Shown here one piece after another: positions 29,689 to 37,933 of a stretch of DNA of 64,000 bases (positions within the stretch are counted from its first letter, which is position 1; every line of letters starts with the position of its first letter). Location of the stretch: contig CAVTNR010000009.1 of the NCBI GenBank assembly GCA_963736115.1, positions 96,001 through 160,000 of the forward strand, given 5' to 3'. Below the pieces are notes generated by a model. It made no database searches. It was not told the origin of the DNA and saw only the letters and a program-made list of their open reading frames with translations. Made by a program: the position numbers and the translations under genes. The DNA is from an uncultured bacterium (GTDB lineage Bacteria > Zhuqueibacterota > QNDG01 > DTFT01).

Positions 29689-29801
29689 GAAGCTCCCCGC
29701 GGCCCCGCTGTGCGGGACCAAGCTATTATATGCCTTCTGGTTGAAGGTAAGCCGCGGGGAGCTTCTATCTGTAGAGAAGAACATATATTATATTCGCTTG
29801 C
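29689..29801 (+). mobile_element. 3'-truncated family A element with nested 45-nt insert at 29704-29748
   Basis: tt|gaagctccccgcggc[cccgctgtgcgggaccaagctattatatgccttctggttgaaggt]aagccgcggggagcttctatctgtag...tatattcgcttgc. Confidence 0.8.
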
Positions 29802-30029
29802 GCATTCTCCGCCGTGCCCGGGAAAACGGCTTGAGCCGCGTCGAACTGGAGGTGTTCGCGTCCAACGAGATCGCGATCCGGCTTTACCTGGAAGCGGAAT
29901 TTGTCATGGAGGGCAGAAAAATCGGAGCGAGAATACTGGACGGGAGGACCGACGACGTGTGCCTGATGGCGCTGAACCTGCCTGAAAAACCCGGCCCGGA
30001 CTGAGCACCGGATCAGACCCGCATCCGGC

Positions 30030-30581
30030 TCATTCCCATGCAACGTCAAATTCGGTGCAAACGTCCCCTTTCACCATGGACCGGACGATATCGACCCGGA
30101 GAGGCTTGCGTCCGCAGATCTCGACCGCACGTTCGATCCATCCGGCCACGCGGTGCTCCACGAAGGGGTGGATGCCTTCGAACTTCAGGATCTCGATGCG
30201 GCATGCGTTCTTCCCGACCTCGGACACGCGGATCTGGGAATCCTTGTAGTACTGACTGAAGATATGCAGACCGCGCGACAGGCTGAACTGCGGCGATCCG
30301 ATGCGCATGAATATCCTCAGGAATCCCTTCAAGGCGAAGTCCGCGCTGAACCGGCCGATTTCCCAGGCGCCTCTCTCCCGGCCCGCGAAAAACAGGTTCA
30401 CGATGTGCCGGGTCGGCTCCAGGTAGGCGGAGTCGATGGGGTACCAATCGCTGGCCAGGCACCATTCCATGATCTTCTGCGACTCGGGAGGAAGTGAACC
30501 AAGCCATTCATCGTAGCGGTCCGCGAACCGCTCCCGGACGAAGGCCCTGAGTGGCAGAACGGTGGTGCCTTTGACTTCCAT
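30030..30581 (-). CDS. Hypothetical protein resembling DUF2378 / V4R-H-NOX-like ligand-binding domain
   Basis: MEVKG start, WYP, GRFSA, AGWIERA, terminal C.F.V.W pattern; GGAGG RBS. Confidence 0.6.
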   Translation of the reverse strand: MEVKGTTVLPLRAFVRERFADRYDEWLGSLPPESQKIMEWCLASDWYPIDSAYLEPTRHIVNLFFAGRERGAWEIGRFSADFALKGFLRIFMRIGSPQFSLSRGLHIFSQYYKDSQIRVSEVGKNACRIEILKFEGIHPFVEHRVAGWIERAVEICGRKPLRVDIVRSMVKGDVCTEFDVAWE

Positions 30582-30619
30582 GAACGGGTATTCCTCCGGA
30601 TGGGTTGGGTGGGAACGGT

Positions 30620-31015
30620 TTAGTGGACTCGGGGGGAGAGGCCTTCGAGCACCCGCCGGACGACGGGCCCCAGGGTTGCGTTGAGGTCCACGGGTTTGGT
30701 GAAGAAGGGATATCCATACGACTTCTGCTTTTCGAGCGCTTCGATGTCGTTGGTGAACCCGGACATGAGTATGATTTTCTGGCCGGGATTCCGTTTCCGG
30801 ACGGCGTCGGCCAGCGCGAATCCGTCCATGCCCGGCATCCGGATGTCGCTGATGAGCAGGTCCGGCCTCGCGGACTCCCATTTCGCGAGTCCCTCGATGC
30901 CGTCCATCGCGGTCAGGACCCGGTACCCCTCCTTCTGGAGATACCGCTCGAACACGTACAGAATGGGTTCCACGTCGTCCACGACGAGTATAGTATAAGC
31001 GTTTTCCGGTTTCAT
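30620..31015 (-). CDS. Single-domain response regulator (receiver)
   Basis: ILVVDD, DLLISDIRMPGMDG, MSG, KP. Confidence 0.92.
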   Translation of the reverse strand: MKPENAYTILVVDDVEPILYVFERYLQKEGYRVLTAMDGIEGLAKWESARPDLLISDIRMPGMDGFALADAVRKRNPGQKIILMSGFTNDIEALEKQKSYGYPFFTKPVDLNATLGPVVRRVLEGLSPRVH

Positions 31016-31142
31016 CGCGCTCTCATAATAATACAATATTGGTTAAAATTCAAGCGGAAAAACAGGGGGAACCGCTTTGAAAAATGTGCGGGTTTTGCTA
31101 TATTCCGGAGAACGCATCCATTATTATCGACAGGAGGATTCC

Positions 31143-32054
31143 ATGAACGGTTCGATTTTTTCGCATCCGATGTTCTGGCCCGTCGTCATCTTTCTGGTGT
31201 TCTATTTTCTGATCGGCATCCGTATCGTCCGGCCCACGCACCGGGGGCTGATCGAACGGCTCGGCAAATACCGGCGCTTCGCGAACCCCGGTTTTCACTG
31301 GATTATCCCCGTCATCGAAAAAATGTACCGCGTGAACGTCACCGAGCAGATGGTCGACGCCGAGCCCCAGGAAATCATCACCAATGACAACCTGAACGCC
31401 GCGGTGGACGCGCAGGTCTATTTCAAGGTCAAGCAGGACGAGGAGAGCGTCAAGAATTCACAGTACAACGTCAACCACGTCAATTACCAGATCGTCAACC
31501 TCGCCCGGACCACACTGCGCAACATCATCGGCACACTCACCCTCAAGTCCGCGAACAGCGAGCGCGGCCGCATCAACGACGAACTGCACAAGGTTTTGAT
31601 GAACGAAACCACGAACTGGGGCATCGAGATCGTCCGCACCGAGCTGAAGCAGATCGATCCGCCGAAGGACGTGCAGGAAACCATGAACAAGATCGTCAAG
31701 GCCGAAAACGAGAAGATCGCGGCCATCGATTACGCCACGGCCGCGGAAACCGTGGCCGACGGCCAGAAGCGGGCCTCCATCAAGCAGGCGGAGGGCATCC
31801 GGCAGGCCCGCATCCTCCAGGCCGGGGGCGAAGCCGAGGCCATCCGGCTCGTCAACGAGGCGGCGGACAAGTATTTCGTGGGCAACGCCCAGCTCCTGAG
31901 ACGGCTGGAGATGGTCGAAAAATCGCTCCAGGCCAACGCGAAAATCGTGGTCCCGTCCGGCACGGAACTGGTGAATGTCATCGGTGAAATGGCCGGCGTC
32001 CTGCCCCTGAAGAGGGACATGGAATCCGATCCGGCGCGGAAGCCGTCGAAATGA
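31143..32054 (+). CDS. SPFH/Band 7 (stomatin-like) protein
   Basis: N-terminal TM, ERLGKY, QEIITNDN, TTLRNIIG, WGIEI; AGGAGG RBS. Confidence 0.92.
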   Translation: MNGSIFSHPMFWPVVIFLVFYFLIGIRIVRPTHRGLIERLGKYRRFANPGFHWIIPVIEKMYRVNVTEQMVDAEPQEIITNDNLNAAVDAQVYFKVKQDEESVKNSQYNVNHVNYQIVNLARTTLRNIIGTLTLKSANSERGRINDELHKVLMNETTNWGIEIVRTELKQIDPPKDVQETMNKIVKAENEKIAAIDYATAAETVADGQKRASIKQAEGIRQARILQAGGEAEAIRLVNEAADKYFVGNAQLLRRLEMVEKSLQANAKIVVPSGTELVNVIGEMAGVLPLKRDMESDPARKPSK

Positions 32055-32947
32055 CCGGCGCCTCCGGAAAGAACGGGAACCGGCCGTCCCGGTGCCTCCG
32101 GGCGGCCGGGACGGCAGTGATACTCACCGCGCTTTTCGCCTGCTCCTGCGCCACGCTCCAGCAGATGGCCAATCTGCAGGCGCCGACGCTCTCGGTCAAG
32201 GGAGTCCGGATGTCGGACCTGTCGTTCGATGCCGCCGATCTTGTGCTCGACGTGGCGGTCGCCAATCCGAATCCGGTCGCGGTCCCGCTTTCCGGCTTCG
32301 ACTACGACCTCCAGGTCGAAACCCATTCGCTGTTCAAGGGGAACCAGGCCTCGAAGCAGACCATCGCCTCCGGCGGAACAAGCGTGGTTCAGATTCCCGT
32401 GACTCTGAATTTCCGCGACCTCTACAACGCGGTCGCGGCGATGAAATCGAGGGACAGCGCATCCTATAAAATCGACTGCGGCCTGTCCTTCAACGTCCCG
32501 ATTCTCGGCCTGGTCCGTGTTCCAGCCTCCTTTTCCGGCAGGCTGCCGGCGGTAAAGGTCCCGTCCGTGAAGATCCAGTCGCTGAAGGTGAAAAAGACGG
32601 GATTGACCGGCGCGGACCTGGAACTCAGTCTGAACGTCTCCAATCCGAACGTTTTCTCGTTCGGCCTTCAGAAATTGGCGTATGATTTCAAGGTGAACGG
32701 GCTGTCCTGGGCCGCGGGAACCGCGTCGGAAACCGCGTCCGTTTCGGCCAAGGGAAAGCAGACCGTCCGCATCCCGGTATCCCTGAATTTTCTGCAGATG
32801 GGGCAGACGGTCGCGGGCCTGCTCTCCGGGAACAGCACGCTGGACTGCGGTCTGACCGGATCGCTGGACGTGGCTACGTCCATCCCGGAATTCGGAAAGG
32901 CGTCCGTGCCGCTGGAGCTGGCGGAGAGGATCAAGCTGACGAGGTGA
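32051..32947 (+). CDS. LEA type 2 / WHy tandem-domain lipoprotein
   Basis: Lipobox-like CSC; two NPN...YD domains. Confidence 0.8.
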   Translation: MTGASGKNGNRPSRCLRAAGTAVILTALFACSCATLQQMANLQAPTLSVKGVRMSDLSFDAADLVLDVAVANPNPVAVPLSGFDYDLQVETHSLFKGNQASKQTIASGGTSVVQIPVTLNFRDLYNAVAAMKSRDSASYKIDCGLSFNVPILGLVRVPASFSGRLPAVKVPSVKIQSLKVKKTGLTGADLELSLNVSNPNVFSFGLQKLAYDFKVNGLSWAAGTASETASVSAKGKQTVRIPVSLNFLQMGQTVAGLLSGNSTLDCGLTGSLDVATSIPEFGKASVPLELAERIKLTR

Positions 32948-32957
32948 GAAGCGAAGA

Positions 32958-33054
32958 AGTTCATGGTTCATAGTTCATGGTTCATAGCAAAAAGAGAATC
33001 GAAAAATCGATTCTCTTTTTCTTTCTTTGAACTATGAACCATGAACTATGAACT
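32958..33054. repeat. Inverted 7-bp tandem arrays (RGTTCAT)4 ... (ATGAACY)3-4 enclosing a bidirectional terminator hairpin (32989-33020)
   Basis: agttcat ggttcat agttcat ggttcat ... aaaaagagaatcga-aaaa-tcgattctcttttt ... atgaacc atgaact atgaact. Confidence 0.85.
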
Positions 33055-33059
33055 TGTTT

Positions 33060-34100
33060 TCACTTCCCCACATTGAACCTGAACTCCACGACATCGCCGT
33101 CCTGCATCACGTACTCCTTGCCCTCCAGCCGCACCTGGCCCTTTTTCCTCGCCTCGGCGTGCGAACCGGCCGCGGTCAAATCCGTATAAGAAACGACTTC
33201 GGCGCGGATGAATCCCTTCTTGATGTCCGAATGAATGGCCTCGGCCGCATCCACGGCTTTGGTGCCGATCCGGATGGTCCAGGCCCGCACCTCGTCCTCG
33301 CCCACGGTGAAGAAAGACATGAGGCCCAGGAGGGAATAGGATTCGCGGATCACCACGGTCATGGCCGATTCCATGATCCCGTACTCCGCCAGAAATTCCT
33401 TCGCATCCGCCTCGGGCATCTGGATCAGCTCCCGCTCCACCTTCCCCCGGATGACCAGGCCGCGCTCGCCTGTCGCGGACTCGAAATCAGCGGCTGAGCA
33501 ATCCCCCTGATCGGCCGAGTTCAGAATCGCCAGAACCGGTTTTGCCGAAAGGAAGGTGAATCCGCGGAGGAGCGGCGCGGAAGCCAGATGCGGATGCTTC
33601 CGGAGGGGTTGTCCCGCGTCCAATATGGCCTTGCATTCCTTCACCAGGTCATACTCGGACGTATCGATCTTCCGGTTCTTCTTCAGGTCCGCATCGAGCC
33701 GCTCCAGCCGCTTGTCCGCCACGACCAGGTCGGCGAAAATCAGCTCCTCATCGAGCTTCCGGAAGTCGGCGGCCGGATCAGGCGGGCCGAAACCGCCGCT
33801 CTCGAAATTCCGCGCCACGTGGATCAGCGCATCGGAATCGCGCACCTTGTTCCACACGGACTGCTCGCGGTTCTTTTCGTCCTGTGACACGCCGCGGCCG
33901 GGGAGAAAGTAGTCGATGACGGCATAGGTGGTTTTCTTCGGCTGGTACATGCCGCTCAGCGTGTCGATTCGGCCGTCCGGAACGCGCACCGAGGCCATGC
34001 GGTTCTCCATTCTGGATTCCGCGGCGGACGCTGTTTTCGTCAGCGCTTCGAAGAGCGTGTTCTTCCCGCACATCGACAGGCCGATGATGCCAAGCTTCAC
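33060..34100 (-). CDS. YchF-like (DUF933/TGS) P-loop protein with degenerate G motifs
   Basis: C-terminal FFTVGEDEVRAWT, IHSDIKKGFIRAEV, RLEGKEYVMQDGD; G1 GLSMCGKNT; no DxxG at the canonical DIAG position. Confidence 0.85.
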   Translation of the reverse strand: MKLGIIGLSMCGKNTLFEALTKTASAAESRMENRMASVRVPDGRIDTLSGMYQPKKTTYAVIDYFLPGRGVSQDEKNREQSVWNKVRDSDALIHVARNFESGGFGPPDPAADFRKLDEELIFADLVVADKRLERLDADLKKNRKIDTSEYDLVKECKAILDAGQPLRKHPHLASAPLLRGFTFLSAKPVLAILNSADQGDCSAADFESATGERGLVIRGKVERELIQMPEADAKEFLAEYGIMESAMTVVIRESYSLLGLMSFFTVGEDEVRAWTIRIGTKAVDAAEAIHSDIKKGFIRAEVVSYTDLTAAGSHAEARKKGQVRLEGKEYVMQDGDVVEFRFNVGK

Positions 34101-34114
34101 AATGCCTCCTTAGA

Positions 34115-34170
34115 AGTTCCGAGTTCCGGGTTCCGGGTTCCGAGTTCCAAATTCCGAATTCCGTGTTCCG
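34115..34170. repeat. 7-bp tandem array, 8 units (RRTTCCG)
   Basis: agttccg agttccg ggttccg ggttccg agttcca aattccg aattccg tgttccg. Confidence 0.85.
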
Positions 34171-34183
34171 GGTTGGGACGATT

Positions 34184-35191
34184 TTATAACCCGGAACCGT
34201 TTCCTTTCGGGAAAGCCGCTTCGTATGCCGCGATCATGCGGTCCAGCGTCCGCTCGTAAACAGGATCCGTTTCCCGGCGTTTCGGGTCCGCGTCGTACCA
34301 GGCGAGAATCTCCTCCGCGCCCCGGGAGAAGGGGATCGACGGCCTGAAATCGGGAACGATACGCCGTATCTTCGAATTGTCGAAAATCATGCTGTGCGTT
34401 TTGTCCCCGAGCAGGCTGTCGCCCCAGTCCGGAAAGTATGCGGCAATGAGTTCCGAGGGAATGTGCGTGATTTTCGGCTCAGCGCCGGCCGCGCGCCCGA
34501 GAATGCCCATGATCTGGTTCCAGGTCAGGGATTCGTCCGAAGTGATGTGAAACGCCTCGCCCAGGGACTGCGGGTTCCCCAGCAGGCCGATCAGGCCGAC
34601 CGCGAAATCCGCGTGGTGCGTGAGCGTCCAGAGAGAGGAACCGTCGCCGTGCACCACGACCTTTTTACCCCGGCGCATGCGGTCGATATCCGCGTAACGG
34701 CCGTGCGTAGGCAGAAGGGTTCGATCATAGGTGTGGGACGGCCGCACGAGGGTGACCGGGAACCGCTCGTCCCGGTGCGCTTTATTGAAGATCTCCTCGC
34801 ACGCGATCTTGTCCCGCGAATAGGCCCAGACCGGATTGACCAGGGGCGTGGATTCCGTCACCGGCAGATGCGACGGCGGCGTCTGGTACGCGGAAGCGGA
34901 GCTGATGAACACGAACTGTCCGGTCTTTCCGGCGAACAGCCGCAGGTCGGTTTCTGCGTGGCCGGGCGTAAAGCAGACCCAGTCCACCACGGCATCGAAA
35001 GTCCGGCCGTTGATCGCGGATTCGACGGACGCGGGATCCCGGATGTCCGCCCGCACCGTCTCCACTCCGGCCGGGACCGGGCGGCCGGCCTGACCCCGGG
35101 TGAGAAGGGTCAGACGCATGCCGCGTTCCGCAGCCAGTGCCGTGCTGGCCGAGCTGATAATGCCCGTTCCGCCGATGAACAGGACCTTCAT
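34184..35191 (-). CDS. NAD-dependent epimerase/dehydratase (atypical SDR)
   Basis: FIGGTGIIS, FISSASAY, YSRDK, VRPSHTY; upstream TTGACA-N16-TATATT at 35249-35222. Confidence 0.9.
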   Translation of the reverse strand: MKVLFIGGTGIISSASTALAAERGMRLTLLTRGQAGRPVPAGVETVRADIRDPASVESAINGRTFDAVVDWVCFTPGHAETDLRLFAGKTGQFVFISSASAYQTPPSHLPVTESTPLVNPVWAYSRDKIACEEIFNKAHRDERFPVTLVRPSHTYDRTLLPTHGRYADIDRMRRGKKVVVHGDGSSLWTLTHHADFAVGLIGLLGNPQSLGEAFHITSDESLTWNQIMGILGRAAGAEPKITHIPSELIAAYFPDWGDSLLGDKTHSMIFDNSKIRRIVPDFRPSIPFSRGAEEILAWYDADPKRRETDPVYERTLDRMIAAYEAAFPKGNGSGL

Positions 35192-35364
35192 GGCATTCCC
35201 TTTCGGATGAAAGCAAGGATTAATATAAGAACTTTTACAGGTTTGTCAACCTAAAAGACCGAACGGAGAAAAACGACCGCCGCAATAAAGGGGATCCCAA
35301 CTCGGGAAAGCATTCCCGGGTCCGGATCCCCCATAACCGACCGGATGAAACCAAATCCGCGGAA

Positions 35365-35616
35365 TTAGAAAATCATGCGGATCACGATGAGCAGAATCAC
35401 CGCGCCGAGCACCATGAATCCGAAACTTTTCCAGTCCAGCTTGCCCTGGGTAACCGGCTTTCCGACTTTTTTACTGATCCATCCACCCAGCAGGGATCCG
35501 AGTATGCCCACAATCAAAGTGCCGAACCATCCGATGGGGTCCACTCCGGGAAGGAGAATGCGGGCGACCACTCCGACCAGCAGACCGATGCCGATGATGT
35601 ACAGCGCGTTTTTCAT
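35365..35616 (-). CDS. GlsB/YeaQ/YmgE family small membrane protein
   Basis: IGLLVGVVARILLPG...GILGSLLGG...GAVILL; GAGGA RBS. Confidence 0.88.
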   Translation of the reverse strand: MKNALYIIGIGLLVGVVARILLPGVDPIGWFGTLIVGILGSLLGGWISKKVGKPVTQGKLDWKSFGFMVLGAVILLIVIRMIF

Positions 35617-35838
35617 CTCTTCCTCCTCTTGGATCAGGGTTCATCCGTCATGATGGGAGCCACGCGGACAGGGACCGCGGCTTGCGTGACCCCAATCCTT
35701 CTGAAATATAGCCTTTGCGGGTCCGTGAATCAAGTTGGTTTTAAAATCCCCGGATGCTGGAACGAATGCCGGTTCAGTCAGGAGACACGCTCCATCCACC
35801 GGAAACCAGGCGCACGGGGGACGGCTTCTTTATTCCCC

Positions 35839-36579
35839 TCATCCTTCCCCGGTCAGTGCAAAGGTCTGGGCGAGCAGGGCCAGGGCCGCGGTCTCGGCCC
35901 GCAGGCGCCTCGGGCCCAGGGACACGATCGCGAATCCCGCGCGCCTGAACGCTTCGATTTCGCCCGGAAAAAATCCGCCCTCAGGCCCCGTGACCAGAAA
36001 GCTCCGCCGGACAGGAGACGGAACGACGCGGACCGCGTCCCGCAGGGATACGCAATCCGGACCCGCGTGCGCGGCGATGCGAAGCTCGTGGTTCGCCGCC
36101 CAACGGACAACCGCTTCCAGCTGAACCGCTTCCTCGATCTCCGGCCTCACACAGCGTCCGCTCTGTTTCATCGCGGCGAGCGCGATTTTGCGCCAGCGCT
36201 CCGTTTTGGCCGCGGACGGGCTTCCGACAGCCGACCCCTGGGAGAGAAAGGGAACGATGCGGGAAACACCGAGTTCCACCGCTTTTTCCACGAGCCAGTC
36301 GAACCGGTCGCCTTTCAGGACCCCGGCCGCGAGCGTGACGGCCGACACAGGCTCGCCTGCTCCCCGTTCGGACCGGAGTACGCGGCCCGTCACTTCGCGG
36401 CGGCCCACGGAAACGAGCGCGACTTCATATGCCGTTCCTGCGCCGTCCGCGGCCCATACCGTGTCCCCCGTCCGATGCCTCAGGACCACGGCGATGTGCT
36501 TCGACTCGTCCGGCGGAAAGCGGATCTCATCCCCTGCGATTCCCTCAGGGGGGACATAGAAGAACTCGATATGCGGCAT
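35839..36579 (-). CDS. rsmE: 16S rRNA m3U1498 methyltransferase
   Basis: HIAVVLR, EKAVELGV, AMKQSGR, GPEGGF, LGPRRLRAETA. Confidence 0.95.
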   Translation of the reverse strand: MPHIEFFYVPPEGIAGDEIRFPPDESKHIAVVLRHRTGDTVWAADGAGTAYEVALVSVGRREVTGRVLRSERGAGEPVSAVTLAAGVLKGDRFDWLVEKAVELGVSRIVPFLSQGSAVGSPSAAKTERWRKIALAAMKQSGRCVRPEIEEAVQLEAVVRWAANHELRIAAHAGPDCVSLRDAVRVVPSPVRRSFLVTGPEGGFFPGEIEAFRRAGFAIVSLGPRRLRAETAALALLAQTFALTGEG

Positions 36580-36634
36580 ATGGTTTTTCCCCGACCCTTC
36601 AGTCAGCCTGAAAGAGACAGCGATGATCGGTTTC

Positions 36635-37933
36635 TTAAAACTTCACACCGGACGAAGACGTCGCGAAAACGCCTCCGTCCGCGCGCACGCCCCACTCGGC
36701 CCGAAGAACAATGGTATCCCAGATGAAGTGAAAGCCGGCTCCGGCCGCGCCCGCGTTCGGCGCGAGACTGCGGGATTTTTCCGAGAAACGGATCGAGGCG
36801 CAGTCCGCGAAAAAAACGCCGAAAACGCCCGCGCTCCGTGCGCCGAGCACGTCGGGCTCCAACAGAACGGGGAATCGCAGTTCCGTCCCGAACGCCAGCA
36901 GCCGGTCGCCCGCGAGAATACCGCTGTCGTACCCGCGAAGCGTGCTCGATCCGCCCCAGTGGAGACGCTTGACCACGGGTACGCATCCGTCCAGAAACTG
37001 ACCCGCGGCCTGCACGGCAAAACGCGCTCCCGCGGCCGCGGGCGCATAGGCCCGGCAGTCGAAATACGAGCGGCCGAAATGCCTGCCGGATCCGGACTCC
37101 TCCGTCCATTGCCTTCCCGCTTCCACGAACAGGCCGGACAGGGGATACTCGGGTTTGTCCCGGTCATCCCAGCGGAAGAAACATTCGTCTGAAACGAACC
37201 GGTCCTTCCTGCCTCCGGAAATAAGGGCTGACGGATCGCCGGCTTCCGCGATTTCCCAGGTCCTGCGGACGCCGATGCGAAAAGCGCGTCCGAAACCGCG
37301 GCCCAGCGCGGCAGAGGCCGCGTTCGAGACCACGCGGAAAACCGGCCTGTAATCCGGATACCGGTAGGGGAAGGAGGCATGCGTTGCTTCGATCTCCGCG
37401 AACAGCCGGAGAGGGCCGCCGAACCAGGGATCGGCCCAGGAAATCCCGGCTTTGTCCAGACCGCCCGTCCTGAAACCGGCCCTGAGCCTCTGATTCCGCC
37501 CGAACAGATTGGACCGGACCATGGACAGACCCGCGGTCCACCCGAAAAGACCGTCGTAGGATAAAGACGGATCGAGCGACCACCGTCCCTTCTCCTTCAG
37601 CAGGACGGCCAGGCGCGGGACCGGCCCGGTTGAATCCCGGACCGATACCACCACCGCGGTCCGAAAGGGACCGATGCGTTCCAGCCGGTCCGCCATTTTT
37701 TTAAGCCAGGTGTCGGAGGGAATACCGGAAGGGATATCCGTCATTTCACGGAGCACGATGAAACCGGCCGTGTGGCTGTTTCCATACAGAAAAACAGCCG
37801 GTCCGGATGGATCGGCTCCGCCTGCATCCCCGGCCCATGAACCGCCCGAAGCCGCAAGCATGCAAACCAGCACGAAAACCGACCCCGAACAGAACGGGTC
37901 GAAACGACGAACATCAAAACCGGCGCGGGTCAC
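36635..37933 (-). CDS. Omp85 (BamA/TamA-like) outer-membrane protein with a single POTRA-like domain
   Basis: GNSHT...VLREM, NLFGRNQ, WDDRD..YP.SG, GGSSTLRGY, ELRFP, terminal F; GTGA overlap with the upstream gene. Confidence 0.8.
   Translation of the reverse strand: MTRAGFDVRRFDPFCSGSVFVLVCMLAASGGSWAGDAGGADPSGPAVFLYGNSHTAGFIVLREMTDIPSGIPSDTWLKKMADRLERIGPFRTAVVVSVRDSTGPVPRLAVLLKEKGRWSLDPSLSYDGLFGWTAGLSMVRSNLFGRNQRLRAGFRTGGLDKAGISWADPWFGGPLRLFAEIEATHASFPYRYPDYRPVFRVVSNAASAALGRGFGRAFRIGVRRTWEIAEAGDPSALISGGRKDRFVSDECFFRWDDRDKPEYPLSGLFVEAGRQWTEESGSGRHFGRSYFDCRAYAPAAAGARFAVQAAGQFLDGCVPVVKRLHWGGSSTLRGYDSGILAGDRLLAFGTELRFPVLLEPDVLGARSAGVFGVFFADCASIRFSEKSRSLAPNAGAAGAGFHFIWDTIVLRAEWGVRADGGVFATSSSGVKF

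Larger units (their letters stand above)
29295..30004 (+). pseudogene. GNAT acetyltransferase disrupted by two family A insertions
   Basis: MTDGILIRPI|insert|RRTDVPSF...AGWCDV...PG|insert|...RVELEVFASNEIAIRLY...FVMEGRK. First insert shifts the frame; acetyl-CoA motif A is missing at the second. Confidence 0.8.

Noticed and set aside
29438-30004. 188-aa ORF as an intact novel acetyltransferase
   Set aside because: Its start and a central segment are translated repeat DNA; the true start is 29295.
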